Notes under the pieces: generated by a model
Databases searched by the model: none
The model's input: the letters and a program-made list of their open reading frames with translations, nothing else
What the model was told of the DNA's origin: nothing
In this document: positions 1-13,315 of the stretch, piece after piece
Layout of the letters: every line of letters starts with the position of its first letter
Position numbering within the stretch: position 1 is the first letter of the stretch
Assembly (NCBI GenBank): GCA_013265495.1
Contig: MU058687.1
Location: forward strand, 3,412,001 to 3,476,000
DNA from: Vicugna vicugna
Taxonomy: Eukaryota
Length of the DNA: 64,000 bases
Direction of reading: 5' to 3'
Translations under genes and position numbers: made by a program

Positions 1-145
1 CTACCTTCCTTCTGTTCCTAGAGCCCGGTCCCAGCAAGAGGGTGGGGAAGGAATGGCACTCACACATATTGAACCTGTTGGGGGTACCAGGCACCAAGCC
101 CATGTTTCTTTCGTGTATCCCAGCTGGGGCTTGTGAACACACTGC

Positions 146-545
146 ATCAGTCAGAGCTCCTTCAGCTGTGTGTGACAGAAAACAAACTGCTTTAAGCAGA
201 AAAAGATATAGTGTGGGCATTCAGGCATGGCTAGATCAAGGGGCTCAGCCATTGTGACCAGGATTCAGTGTCTCTGTCTGTTGGCTCTGCTTTCCTCTTT
301 GTTGCTATTGTGTGACCCCTCTGGTAGCTCCAGGCTTCAAGTTCAATTTTTAGCTTCAAGCTGAGCAGGAAGAAAGAAAATCCCTTCTCTTACAGTTCAA
401 ACAAAAGTAAAACAGATGAGTCTTATTGGACCATTTGGGTCACATGTCTATCTCTGAACCAATCAGTGTGGCTCAAGGTACTCAGGGTTCTGACTGCCAG
501 GCCAGGGTTTCCCACCCACCCTGGAGTAACAGGTGGGGTCCACCT
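146..545 (-). mobile_element. Old MLT1 (K/L-like) LTR
   Basis: cattcaggcatggctagatcaaggggctc, ttgggtcacatgtctatctctgaaccaatcagtgtgg. Confidence 0.55.
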
Positions 546-2299
546 AGGTCAATCCCATGCATGATATGTGCTTTTACATTTTAGGCCTTTGGATTAGTAG
601 GAGTGTGGGAGCAGGAAGATCCAGCCATTTCAAAAGGAAGGAAGAGTTGGTTTAATTTTTCTCCAATAGAGAGAATAGTGGATTCAGTCCTTCAACAAGT
701 ATTTGTTTAGCACTGACTAGTTCTAGTCCTGTTCTGAGTGCAGGGAATTCAGCAGTGAACAAAGCAGGAAAAAACTGCTGCCCATTTGGCACTGATATTC
801 TAATAAGATATATAGGGCTGGTGGTCTTTTCATTCTCTTGGTCTAAGCCCAGGTCTAGGATAAAGGTTCTCAGTGGAGAGACCCAGGGTGACTCAGGGTG
901 ATGACATGGGAAGAATCTGGCCCTCAGGGAGCTGAGAACTCACGAGGGAGGGAAAAAGACAAGTTGCATGGTTGGGGAAGAAGGGGAAGGGAATCCGTAC
1001 CCATCTCTGGGGACAGAAAATTGTAAGCCCCTCCCATGTTGCCTGGGCCTTTAGCCTCTGCAGGATGTTGATAAATGGGATGGAGTTAGTGCAAGTTACA
1101 GAAATGATGACAGGGCTAGAGGGAGTGATTTATGAGACGAGATTAGCAAAGTGATGGTGCAGCCTAGCACACAAAGGGATGGGATGGTGGCCGTGGGTCA
1201 TGCAACTTCTGAAATCCGAGGAGAGAGGCTGAGGGACAGAATTGAGTGGCTTCTGCAGAAGGGGGACAGAGGGATGCAGTGGGGGTCACGGACTGAGTAG
1301 ACCCCAGCACAAGACCCTGGGTGGTGTAAGGAGAGACAGGTGACTATGCATCTACATATTTGCACACTGGAATGTGTATGTGAATGTCTGGCCTTTCCAG
1401 AATAGAGAGGCTATACAGGGAATTCAAGAAATGGAGGGGGTGAGAATTTCAGCTCTGGACAATCTTGAAAAAGGCTTTTGGAGGCCTCCTTCCCATCTGG
1501 TAGAATATTCATATCTGACCATTTAGCTGCAATCAAGTCAGAAAGACTTTTTCCTTCAGGAAAACTGGTGTGTCATTTCTAAGAGGGAAAGAGGGAAAGA
1601 GGGAGGGAGGAAAGGAAGAGCAGATGGAAGAGCAATGGATATACATTCCATTTCATAGAGAGAGAAAGCGAGGCACAGAAGGGGCAGGGGATCTGCTCAA
1701 GGGACTTGGGTGGCGTTGCACATGAAGCCCAGAAGCAGGGCTTGGGATCTCTGCCAGCTGGCCAGGCCATGAGTGGACTTGGGGACCCACTTTGAGGCTC
1801 AGGTAGCAGCAAGGGGTAATTATTGGGTTTGAAGCCTCCAGGCTGGGCTTCCTTGAGCTTTCTAGGTTGGTGGGGTTGGAACATCTCCATCAGATCCCTG
1901 TCTTGGGCCACCCTGGGCCCATGTTCTGTTAACTTTTGATTTTATCCATATGTGAGAGCCTCGGACGCACAGTGGTAGGTAATGAAATGGGTGGATGATG
2001 CACAGTTCTGAACATTCTAGATGGCACTTTTTTGGCTTTAAATGGAGGTACTCAAGGTGCTTGTGTACATGTATGAGACACACCTTCCATGTGTGTTTTC
2101 TCTCTCACTCCCTTCATATGACCGGCGTGAATTTTCACGGCAGCAAAGGGCCCAGGCAAAGCACTGCGTTGGCATACAATTGATCAAGCAGAAAACCTGT
2201 CATGGGGGCATGGGGCAGCTCTGGCCCCGACCATCCTCCTGGGCCCTCTCACCGAATCGAGTCATCTTAATTGCTCTGTCCTCTCTCCACTCTTGACAG

Positions 2300-2458
2300 A
2301 TTCAAGATTTGTTTGTGAGCTTTGACGACACCCCTCTGGGGGCTGCCTCCCTGGCCCAGGTCCACAAGGCGGTGCTACATGATGGGCGGACGGTGGCCGT
2401 GAAGGTCCAGCACCCAAAGGTACAGGCTCAGAGCTCAAAGGACATTCTCCTGATGGAG
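2300..2458 (+). CDS. ADCK1: ADCK1 internal coding exon (probably exon 5; 159 nt, phase 0/0): IQDLFVSFDDTPLGAASLAQVHKAVLHDGRTVAVKVQHPKVQAQSSKDILLME
   Basis: Acceptor ctctccactcttgacAG ends at 2299; donor GTgaga at 2459. Encodes the UbiB/ADCK Ala-rich loop (AASLAQVH) and the VAVKVQHP catalytic-Lys motif. Peptide matches recalled mammalian ADCK1. Confidence 0.97.
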
Positions 2459-2665
2459 GTGAGAGCCTTCCCCCTTCTCCTTCCTTCATCCTCATTCTAT
2501 ATTTCCCTGGGATGCAGGCAGCCCCAGTGAAACTGATTCAAGGCCTGTGGGGTAGAGTGTGACTCTTTGAGCAGCAGAGTGGGAGAAGAGAGCTTGAGAC
2601 CATGACAAAGGAGGTGTCATGACAATGCTGTGACCAGGGGATCTGTGGCTGAGTTGATTGGTTCT

Positions 2666-2775
2666 GTTTTATCTTATTTTATTCTATTTTATTTATTTAT
2701 TTATTTTAGACTTTCTTTCTTTTTTTTTTTTTAACAATTTTTATTGAGTAATAGTCATTTTACAATGTTGTGTCA
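2666..2775 (-). mobile_element. Very short L1 3' end, mostly tail
   Basis: TSD tgagttgattggttct (2650-2665) / tgggttgattggttct (2776-2791). Body ttttattgagtaatagtcattttacaatgttgtgtca. Confidence 0.8.
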
Positions 2776-3269
2776 TGGGTTGATTGGTTCTTGATGCATT
2801 CCTAGGAACTGTCTGTGGATGTCTCTGAACACGCAGGGCAGCTGCTGGGCCATGGAGACTTCAGGGGGATGGTGTAGAAATGAGATGAACCACAGGTGAT
2901 TTCCTTGGGGAAAGGAAAAGTTACATCTTAATTTGTTAAATTCCAGCAAAAGGGAGCATGTGGTCAATCAAGGGATATAAAAATGACAGGCAGATCACGT
3001 AGAAATATTTATCAGATTATATGTTTGCTTCTCTGATATTTGTTTTGAATGAATGAAAGTGCCTGCCCAAAAATGGCCCTCGGGAATTTCTAGTGGTGAC
3101 TGTGCCTCTGGACTTTTCTAGTTCCATGCCTGGAGCAAGGAGAAAGGGTGAGCTGCCAGCATCCCCAACGGAGGTCAGCAATCCGTTTACACTGCCAGCA
3201 TGTCCCTCTTCTTCCTTTTCTCTTTCCCTTTCCTTTATTCCTGTTCCTCACTCTGGATTCTTAGTTAAT

Positions 3270-4070
3270 TCTTTTTCACTCACTTTGAGTAAACTTAACA
3301 CACACATCAGGACTAAGAGTGAGTGACCTCCGTCTTCATCCTCGGGGAGCCCCCATTTAGTGGAGGAGACAGACCTGTACACAAACAGCTTTTGACTGTG
3401 AGCTCCGTCAAAGGGGTGTTTGCAGAGTGCTGTGGCGGCCCTGTGCCTGGACTGATGGGAGCATCAGGAGGGCTTCACCGAGGAGCCCATGAGACAGCTA
3501 AGCAGGAGAAGGATGACCCAGCCTGTGCAAAGGCCCTGAGTCTTAGAGGAACAGGGTGTTCTTGGAGAGCTTCAGCTAGTCCAGATGGTATGAGTTGAGT
3601 GTGGTTGCAGATGAGGCTGGAAAGGTAGGCAGGACATGAAGGACCCTGTATTCCAGGCTCAGGTGCAGAAATGGTATACACAGTAAGTACGTACTTACTA
3701 TGGAACTGAGCAGATCTGATTTTCTCCTGCAGTCAGTGGGAAACCATTTAAGAATTTTAATCAGGGGAATGTCATGATCAGTAGTGCATTAGAAATAAAA
3801 GTCTGTTGACAGTCTGGGGGATGTATTGGGAGGCAGAAAGACTGTAGCCAGGGAGACTAATTGAGGGGCCGCAGCACTGGTCTGAGAGAGAAATAATGAT
3901 GTAAACCAAGGCAGTGTAATGGAGGTGGAGGAGAGGCAAGGATTCTTGGGGTGTAGCAATCAGGACTTTGTGACCAGCTTTACATGAGGTAGGGGCAAAT
4001 GCTGGTATGAATGAGAATGAAAATAAATTGTAAGTTTCTGGTTTACATGATGACATTTGGGTGTCTTTTA
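3270..4070 (-). repeat. L2 LINE fragment
   Basis: gtgcaaaggccctgag, gggaaaccatttaagaattttaatcagggga, gtaaaccaaggcagtg. Confidence 0.65.
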
Positions 4071-4831
4071 CCATGTGTATCAGTCGAGGTTCAGTTGAGG
4101 AAAAAGAAATTGCTCTGGGTATTTCAGGAGGAATTTAGAATAGAAAGTAGGGTTCACAGGGGATGGAGTGTCCAAGAAGCCAAATGAGATGGTGAGACAT
4201 TCACCAGCAGCAGGAAGAGGGAGGGACAAAGAGAAGAGGTGATTCCCTGGGCCCAGGTGCTGGGGCCACCTGGTAAAGCTGGCCCGAGGGGAGTGGGTCA
4301 CAGATTCAGGGCCTGTCACCTGTAGGTTGGAACCATAGATGCTGTTTGAGGCCATGGGTGTTTCATCTTCTCCTGTCACCATTATTCCGCCAAACCTAAC
4401 CAGAAACCAGTTGGCAAAGGAGCCTGGGGAATGTAGTTTCTTATGAGAGTAAGGGGGTGGGAGGGATGTCAGAGCAGCTGAAGTGGTGGATGATGGAGCA
4501 GCCATGTGCTGTAAGATCTGCTGTCAGTAGTTTTGGATCAGAATCTCTCTTGTCAGTCTGCAATGCAGGCTGGAAAAACAAATTCAAGGTTTATCAGCAA
4601 GGAGACTCATGGGAGCTGAATCTAGGGAAGCATTTGAGATCACTTAGCTCTACAGAGTTTAAAAAAAAAAGAGAGGACAAAGAAAGAACGTGAGGAACAC
4701 CATCATTTGAGGAGTATGCCCCAAGGAGGATGAGTTCCTGAGGGAACTAAAAAGGCATAGACAGAGGGATTAGAAGAGAACAAGGATTGAGCAGCTACAT
4801 CCAATGAAAACAGTGTCAACAAGAGAGCACT

Positions 4832-5635
4832 GTCAGTTATCTAGCATCTTAACTGACACAACCAGTAGTCTGCATAATGAACCACCTCAAAACGTAGTGG
4901 TTTAAAACATCAGTCACGTGTTTTGCTCTTGAATCTACAGTCTGGGCAGGGTGTGGTATAGAGACTCATCTCTGTTTTATGTGATGCCAGCTGGGGTGGC
5001 TTGACTGGAACTGGAGGATCTACTTCAAGGTGGTCCACTCACATGGCTGGTTAGTTGGTTCTGGCTGTTGGGTAGGAGCTCAGCTGGGCTTGTGGGCCAG
5101 GGCCTTAGTTCCTGTCCATGTGGGCCTCTCCATGGCTAATTGGACTTCCTCACAGCATGGTGGCTGGGTTCTAAGAATGAGTGTCCCAAGAGAATAAGGC
5201 TGAAAGTACATCATAGTTTTATGACCTAACTCTGGGAGTTTATAGATTACTTCTTCCTTACTTTATTGGTAAGAGCGAGAGTCACAAAGTCCCCTTTGGT
5301 TTAAGGGGCAGGGAAATAGACTCTATCTCTTTTTTCTCTGATTATTGTTATTTTTTTTTATTGAAGTGTATTCAGTTTACAACATTGTGTCAATTTCTGA
5401 TATACAGCATAATGTTTCAGTCATACATATAGACACATATATTCATTTTCATATTCTTTTCATTATAGATTACTATAAGATATTGAATATAGTTCCCTGT
5501 GCTCTACAGAAGAAACTTGTTGTTTGTCTATTTTGTATATTACACTCCACCTCTTGTTGGGGGAGTGGCGCTGTTCCTGAAGTGTTTTACAGTGGGAGAT
5601 ATTATTGCAGCCATTTTGGAAAATGCAGTCTGTCA
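4832..5635 (-). mobile_element. MaLR (MLT1-type) solo LTR, interrupted by an L1 3' end
   Basis: accacctcaaaacgtagtggtttaaaac, ggcctctccatgg..cttcctcacagcatggtggctggg, gggaaatagactc..cctcttg: recalled MLT1 motifs. Confidence 0.75.
5332..5543 (-). mobile_element. Short L1 3' end nested in an MLT1 LTR
   Basis: TSD actctatctctt (5320-5331) / actccacctctt (5544-5555); same L1 3' motif family. Confidence 0.85.
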
Positions 5636-6032
5636 GAATTACTTGATGTTGTCAAACACAATATAAATTAGTAAAGTTCTGAAAAGAATATTTGAGATTT
5701 GTTGATCTAGAGTTCTTGGGAAGAGCAGGGAGAGTGGGGTGAGTGGGATGAAAGAGAACTGAGGCCCCAGGGAGCAGAGACGTTTAATGTAGAACATTCT
5801 TTTCATGTTTAGCCGTGGATAGTGGGGAGAGCGAGGGTAGTGGTTAGAGCAGAGCACAGGCTTAGAGGCAGGGGACTTGAGGAGGCTGTAGCTGATGGGA
5901 AAGGGAGCAGTGGAGTTGGGGACTTGGAGATTCAGGAGAGAGGAGTGACTGGTAGATCAGGTTCAGGAGGAGACTGGAGGGCTGGGGCTGCAAGGACCAG
6001 GTGGAAACATTAGGCTTTGGTCAGCCATTGTT

Positions 6033-6580
6033 TGTTTGCTTGTTTATTTTAGAATAAAAGTAGATTTATTTAGAGAGATGTACACTGAGTGTTTAAAGTA
6101 AAGGTAGACTACACACTCCATAGACAGAGTATGACTAATTTGGAAGGCAAGAGAGAGCGAGCCGTCGCGAGGTGCAGTGTTGCTAGTTTTTATATGCTAA
6201 CAAGTGAGAGGATTATTCCAACTACTTTGGGGAAAGGGCAAGGATTCCCAGGAACTGGGCCACTACCCTCTTTGACCTTTCATGGTTAGCCTCGGAACTG
6301 TCATGGCGCCTGTGGGTATGTCATTCACGAAGTTAGTACATTACAAAGTGTATAATGTAGCTCAAGGTCCACTGGAAGTCGACTCTCCCACCATCTTTGG
6401 CCTCGAGGTCTATTGGGATTTGAATTCTCCACCATCTTGGTGCTAATTGCTGTGTGATTCCTCTAATGGCTATGCCCTGCCCCATTCCCTCCTGTCTCAT
6501 TACCCTCTCAGAGATTTTACTCCCATAATCTTACGGGGGTGCAGAGGGGTGGCAGTCCATCTTCCGTAGCTACTTCAGGG
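6033..6580 (-). mobile_element. Retroposed ERV 3' fragment (internal 3' end, PPT, U3-R, A-rich tail)
   Basis: On the minus strand: purine tract gagagggtaa then TG LTR start at 6499; TATAAAAA (6187-6194); AATAAA (6065-6070); then an A-rich tail. TSD at 6019-6032 / 6581-6594. Confidence 0.7.
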
Positions 6581-7679
6581 GGTCAGCCTTTGTTCTGAGC
6601 CAAGAGAAAGGTGGTAAGGCTGGGTACAGATGAGTGAGTGGGGCAGGGGGGAAGGCGAGGAAGGTGGGCAGCTGAGTTGTACCAGCCTGATAGCCTCTAT
6701 TTTTTCTCTGAAGTGGGAGGCAAGACCATCTGCTGAGAAGCGGGTGGGAGGTGGCATGGAGGCTTGAAGGGGGATGAAGGTTTGGAGTATTGCTGGGTAC
6801 AGTGGAAGAGGGAGCTGACCAGGACTCAGGGGCGGGGTTGCCAAGTGGCACAGGGAATCCACTGGGAAACCTGAGTGTTCTGAAGCTGTGGAACAGCCAT
6901 AGCTGGGAGTGCACTAGGAGGCTCAGAGGATCCCTGGGTGTCCTGAGACCTACAGCCTCTCCTGCATTGAACAGGAACCTGTTTCTGACCAGTGGTGCCA
7001 GCTGGACCCACTGGGGCTGAGAGGACAGCAGACATTGTTTCTCTGCTGAGAGCCTTGCTGCTTCCTAAGCAATGGTGGCCGTAAGGTCAATAGCAATAAT
7101 AGCAGTAATAAAGATTTGGCATCTCCCTCCCTGAGATAAGCATCAGATGCTTTTCTTGGGAAATAACAGCCTTGTGGTTGTGTGCAGAGTACAAAGTGGC
7201 TCCTTCTCCATGGCTGAGGCAGTGCTGGGGCTGGGATCTCGAGGCAGATCAGAGACCCTCACTCACAGCCTTCAGGAGAGAAGCTGGAGGCCTGAGGCCT
7301 GAGGTCACCACCTCCATGGACCGTCAGCATTAGCAGTCGTACGATGTGGTACTGCCTTCTCACTGGGCTTGATCTCTGGTAGGAAAAAAAGCCCTATCTG
7401 GTCACCCTTCTCTGCTTTAAAACTAAGAAATGCCAACTAGAAAGCTCATTTTATTTGATATCTGAAATGAGTATTATGATTTTTTTTTAAAGTCCAGACC
7501 TAAATATTGCCTTGAGTTTAGGAATGACACGTGCTCAGGTGTGCTTGGCAGAAGAATGATTCCTAGAAGGCAGTAGGGCTGCCATATCCACCAGAAACTT
7601 GGAGACAAAGGAGAGGCAAAGCTACTTTTCTGCACAGCCTTCTGGTGCTTCCTTTCAGGTCAATTCCAGGTATTGTGTG

Positions 7680-8240
7680 TTAGGATGTCAGGATGCTTTT
7701 AGCTGTGTGTATCAGGAAATCCAACTAAAAGTTGTATAAATAATAGTAACCTATATCATCTCACATTTCAAGACATGTGAAAGTAGGGTCAACTTTTTCA
7801 AGGTTGACTAATCCAGCATTTCATTGTGGTTTGTAAGGACCTAGGTTCTTTTCATCTTCTACTCTGTCAGCTCAGCTTCCTGGCTTGTCCTTCCAAGGTA
7901 GTATCCCTCTTGGTCCCAAAACAGCTGCACAGTTCCTGCTGTTACAGGTAGATGATGTCCAGATGCCAGAGAGGGCCTGTTTCTTCCCTCATATTCCTTA
8001 TTAAAAAGTAGCCCCTCAGTAGAATTCCTTTCAGTTCTCATTGGCCAGAAGCAAACCCACAAGTCCAAGCCTGAATCAGTCTTGGCAAGAGCACTGGGAC
8101 CACTTTGATTGACTTATACCAGTCATGATTCACCTTTTCTTTCCTTGAAGGACATGAAAGATGCACAAAACTGAGGTTCTGTTAAGCCAGGAAGACAGGG
8201 GAAATGGCTCTTGGGTTGGCACCCAATAGCGTGTGCCACC
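7680..8240 (-). mobile_element. Old MLT1 (J/K-like) LTR
   Basis: caggatgcttttagctg..aggaaatccaact, tctcattggccagaa, ttgggttggcacccaatagcgtgtgccac. Confidence 0.6.
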
Positions 8241-11200
8241 CTTGTGTTTTGTGTCTCCTATGAACCTGGCCCTCCTCTTGAGGAAGGGGACTGTCTCTAG
8301 GGGCAGAGAAATGGGGGCTGACTCTCAGTAAGTGGTGATGAACCTGATGGTGTTGGTGACTTTGCACAAAAGGAAAGGCACAGCCAAGGGTGTTTTCAGC
8401 TTTGTCATTATCACCTGATATTGTCCCTTTAACAGTTGGGGCAACTCTACTTCTAGATGCACGGCCAGTGACTCTTATTGATTTGAGTGGCTGTCCAGAG
8501 CCAGACTAATTGGGCCCAGAGATTGCAACAATGATTCAGCAGGAAGGGGTGAACTGACAAGGCAGAGTCTATCTGTCTGCTGGCGGGCTGGCTTGCAGCA
8601 GTGTTTGCCTGCCCACAACAGCAAGGAGCTTAGCAGGCCGGGTCTCACTGCCATTCTCACTGTTTGAGAACAGGGTAGGATTCAGGTGACCTGTGAGCCA
8701 GTGGTAAGACCATAATTTCCAGGTCCCAGTAGCACTACCCTGTATTACTCCCTGTTATCTCTTTAGCTTCTGAAATTGACGCTGAACACCTCTTGGCTCT
8801 ATCACCCCCCAAATCATCTAACTCATGGCCAGGCTCCCTGCCCTACAGGCACTATCCACCCCCTGTGACAGTTACATGTTTTATTTGTTTTTTAAACAGC
8901 ATTTTCAGTGCATGCTGTCTGTCATCTTGTTTCTTTTCTGAATATGTTGATTGAACAGTGGGTGGCTAGGTAATGTTTGTGTTGGCACAGAATCCAACAG
9001 CTGATTTTATTTTAAAAAAAAATACATTTTAAAAAGCCACAGAGATGTAGATCATCCCATGGAAACTTCCCATCACCCTGTAATTCTGTTTTCTAAAAAG
9101 TGTGCACTTTAATAACTTATCAGAACAAAGATAATCCCCATGAATGGTAAGCTGTTTACATCACTCTGAATTGATTTTCGATCCTTGTCGAACATCCTTT
9201 TTTACCGGTTCGGATGTGCGCAGGCGTCCTGTTTAGTGTGCTGTTTTCCCGTAGAACATTATTTCTTTTATAATGTATAATAACTTGATAACAGTAACTT
9301 GAATTTCAGTTGCATTTTACAGTTTACAAAGCTCTTTTTATGCCTTATCTGAAGTTTCCTATTGTATTGTCCTGTGTTGTATTGCCTGAGACAGGACTGT
9401 ATAAAGAAAGAAGAAAAACAAACAAACAAACAAACAAAAAAGCGTCCCAAGTCCTGCATTTGAAATTACAAGCTATGTGACCTTGAGAAATGCCTTAACC
9501 TCCTGCATTTGGTTTCCTTCTCTGTGAAATGGGTAAGAAGAGGAAGAAATGAGAGTATGTGACTAAAGTGCCTCATAGCACAGTGCTGGTGCCTGAATAA
9601 TGATAATTCCCATTTCTTTTTTGCTATTGTAAACAGCAATCACTAATTTTCAGACTTTTATGTGACTCTGAATTTTTCCATTATGTTTCTGTATGGCCCC
9701 AAATTTATTTTTCCTCCTGTAAGCCAATCACCCTATAGGAAAGTGATTTCATTATTCTACCTGGAAGGAAGTATTAATTGCTGAATATACTTTGATTGAA
9801 GCTCCAAATCAAGTAGAAAATTCTCAGGCATTTCAAAGTGGTGGTTCTCCCAAATTCAGAGGTAATCCCTTTCTTCACCAACATCTCAAGAGGCAGAAAA
9901 ATTTAGTCCGTTTGAGTAATGGACTTGTGGACATGTAATTATTTCTGGTGAGAGGACAACTTTTTAGAATGTTCATTTGTTCATTCACTCATTCGTTCAC
10001 GTGAGTATTCAGTAAACATCTGCTGAGTATTGGGCACGTGGGAGGCCCTGGTGAAAACACTGGCTGTTGGAAGAATTTTATGGAGGAGATACATTTTGGG
10101 AGAAAAATTGAAAAGTCAAATTGATAACAACACCTGTTTTATTTTAGTTGATTGCATCTGTTGTCAAAAAGAAAACCTTAAATGAATCTACTTAGGGCAG
10201 GCTCTTAAGAAGGGAATTGAATGAAAACAGAAGGTGAAACTGAGGAGTTTTATTTTGTCTTCCCAAGCCAAGAAAAGTCTAAAATAGCAGCAGCCCAAAC
10301 CATTTTAGATTTGGACCAGATGACTCTTAACCTGACCCCCATCCCCTCCCCCTTGACGTTTAAGGGGTTGATAAACCCCCTGAATTATGTACAAAATTAT
10401 GGAAGTACATATATTTTTTTAGCTTCGTAGCTGGCACCAAATTTTCAAATTAGTGACTTCCTATAAAGAGGATGTGTCTTGTAAAGCTAAGAACCACTGA
10501 ATTCATACAAACAGACCCTCTCATTTTAAAGTAACCAAGGGAGTGATTCACCAACCACCTACAAAATGATTTTGAAAGCAGTTTTATGAGTATTGCAAAG
10601 GTTTCTGAGTTGTGAATTAGTTTACTAACTAGTTACTAGCAATTAATATCAACCAATAAAATCTTTAACTGCTTTTATGATTAATGACATTGAGTATTAA
10701 TAATAACCAAAGTTATATAGCAATGACTAATCATGTAATTGATTAGTAACAGAAAAGTCTTTTAAGTGCCTTTCAGTGCTGTTTGGATATTCATGATAGT
10801 TAAAAATTTCACAAATAACAGTGACCATGCAATAAATGATGAGGGTCTATTGTGTGGCCAGAAGCCTCATCACCTGGTATAGACCCCACTGGGCTGCATG
10901 TAGGCCTCTGTCTATACCTAAACGTCTGGTCCATAGTCATTACCTAGAAGGTAATCAGTGCATTTTGAGGAAACAAATAAGTGAGACTCATTGTGGCTCT
11001 TTTCCTTGTCCCTTCTGGGTGAGAAACTCCAGAATTTAGGAGCCCCAAGATAGGAAGTCAGGTGGCTCAGATGACAGGTGTGCCCTTGGCCTGGGCCAGG
11101 GCAGGTGCTTCTGTTTCCTGTGCGCCAGCTCTGCCTCCCCTTTGGCGGCAGCTGAGGGCCATCTGAGGGCACAGTGATGAGATGCGATGCCTGGAGCTGC

Positions 11201-11647
11201 TGTGCCCAGATATCTCAGTCTAACATGCAGTTCTGGCCTTGCTGTTGCCACCTCTCCCTTCTTGTTCCGTGTGACACAAACAGAAACAAAACATAAACTA
11301 AATCGATTATCATAAGGTCACAGGTCTAGCCTATGAAAGATAAGACAAGACTTAAAAGAAATTAGACTGCAGCCGAATGTAATTAAAAAGGGTTTTGAGA
11401 GAAATTGAGTATAATAACCCTGTGTGATGATTCTTTTAGAATGGCGTCTGGTACATTGCCTAGGACGTAGGATTTAAAAACAAAGCTGTAAATGCCTTGT
11501 AGTTAATGGCCCTGCTTTAGATTTATTTCCTTGTGCCGCACGTGCCTAACACAGTGCTGGGCATAATGTCCTAGACCAAGGCAAGCAGAGGCATGAGACA
11601 AGGCTCATAGCCAGGGCTCAGTAGGTCCTTCTGGATGAACTGGGTGA

Positions 11648-12020
11648 TGTCTTGGTCAGCTTGAGCTGCTGTAAAAAATATCATAGACAGGGTGGCTTAA
11701 ACACAGACATTTATTTCTCACAGTTCTGGAGACCGGGAAGTCCAAGGTCAAGATGCTGGTTGATTCAGTTCCTGTTGAGGGCCTCTTCCTAGCTTGTAGA
11801 CAGATAGCTGCCTTTCCACTGTGTCCTCACCTGGTGGAGAGGGAGTGAGCTCTGGTCTCTCTCTTCTTATAATAACACACATCTTATCACAGGGGCCCCA
11901 ACTTCATGAAATCTTCTAGACCCAATTAATTCTCAAAGGCCCCATCTCCAAACACCATCACACTCGGGTTAGGGCTTAACTTATAAATTTGTGGGGGGAC
12001 ACAAGCATTTAGTCCATAAC
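11648..12020 (-). mobile_element. MLT1A-like solo LTR
   Basis: ggtggcttaaacacagacatttatttctcacagttctggag..ggaagtccaaggtcaag...ccccatctccaaacaccatcac...ggggggacaca..catttagtccataac. Confidence 0.85.
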
Positions 12021-12859
12021 TGATGGGGAAGTTCTTTTAGTACCAATAGGCCCATGGTTATTTAGTTCTTGCTTATTGTTCTTCTGCTCTTTTCAGGGGC
12101 GGAGATGGATGAGAGAACTTGGACCATAATCTATACCAGGAATTACAGGAGGGATTGGTTAGTGGTTCTCCCCAGGCCTGACTTTAAACACTGGCAGGAG
12201 GGCTTATAGGAGAATAGGAGAGTTGCCTTCTGCGTTTTCCCCCGGGCAATGCTAGAACATCTCCCACGTCCCTGGCGTCATCCTTGCTCACCCACTACAG
12301 AGCCACCATCGGTGAACTTGTGAGACTGTCTCAGATCCAGAGCTCCAGGGGTGGGGTAGCTTCACGATGGAGTCCCTGCCCACGGAGGGGCTGTAGTGTG
12401 CTCTGCAGGTGTCTCTGGGATATTGTTCTCTGCCAGTGATATTTATTTCACATCATTAAACTGACAACTGAAATGCCAGATGAGTCTTCTAAAACCCCCT
12501 CTTTAATCATGTCCTGTCTCATGAATGCACAGTGGGCCCAAATTGCCAAAAATCTAGGCTTTTCATCCAAGTGGTCAAATCCCTTATCTCATACTCCTTT
12601 CGTCTTTTCCAGCCTTCTTTTCTTATTCCAATTCAATTTTTTATCATGAAATATTTTATTTTTTATTTATTTTTAATTTGTTTTTACATGTTTTTTATTG
12701 TATCATGAAATATTTTAGATGCACAAAAAACATAGAAAACAACATTATAAGTGCTCAGGTACCAACCACTCAGCTTAAGAAATAAACAAAATACAGTTAC
12801 AGTCACTGCCCCTCCTGGCCCTTTGCAAACAGGACCATGAGGCAGCAAAGGCAGAAGTT

Positions 12860-13070
12860 CAGTGATGTGCGTAAGAGCAAGGGTTTGGGGGCTGGGTAGA
12901 CCCAAGTGAAATTCTGACTCTGTGCTTCCTTGCTGGGCAAATTCAGGAAAATCATATAAGCTCTCAGAGCCTTAACTTCCTCATCTGTTAAGTGGGATGA
13001 TAAGAGTTTGTACCTCCCAGAGTCACTGTGAAGACTAAATGGAGTGACAAGGTAAGTCAAGTGCTTAATC
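12860..13070 (+). repeat. MIR SINE
   Basis: ctctcagagccttaacttcctcatctgttaagtgggatgataa: MIR core. Confidence 0.7.
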
Positions 13071-13315
13071 AGTGCAGGGAAAGTGGGGAGTGCTCAGGAG
13101 ACGGCACTGGTTGGTGCTCCTGGTGGCTGCTGGGCTTTTATCATCTTGGATTTGGACTACAGAGATGAGCCTCAAGGGAGCCGTTACCCCACTCACCCTT
13201 ACTTCAGGGGAGGACCTGGAATTTGGCAACGCCAAGACCAGGGCAGGAGAGCAGGGAATGTACCTCCCTTGGTAGGTGCTGTGGACCAACTGATGGGGTG
13301 CTTGGTGGGTTTTAG

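Noticed and set aside
9180..9230. CpG-rich spot with NRF1-like TGCGCAGGCG and a small acatcc/ggatgt hairpin
   Set aside because: Too short, and a single imperfect motif; no support without conservation data.
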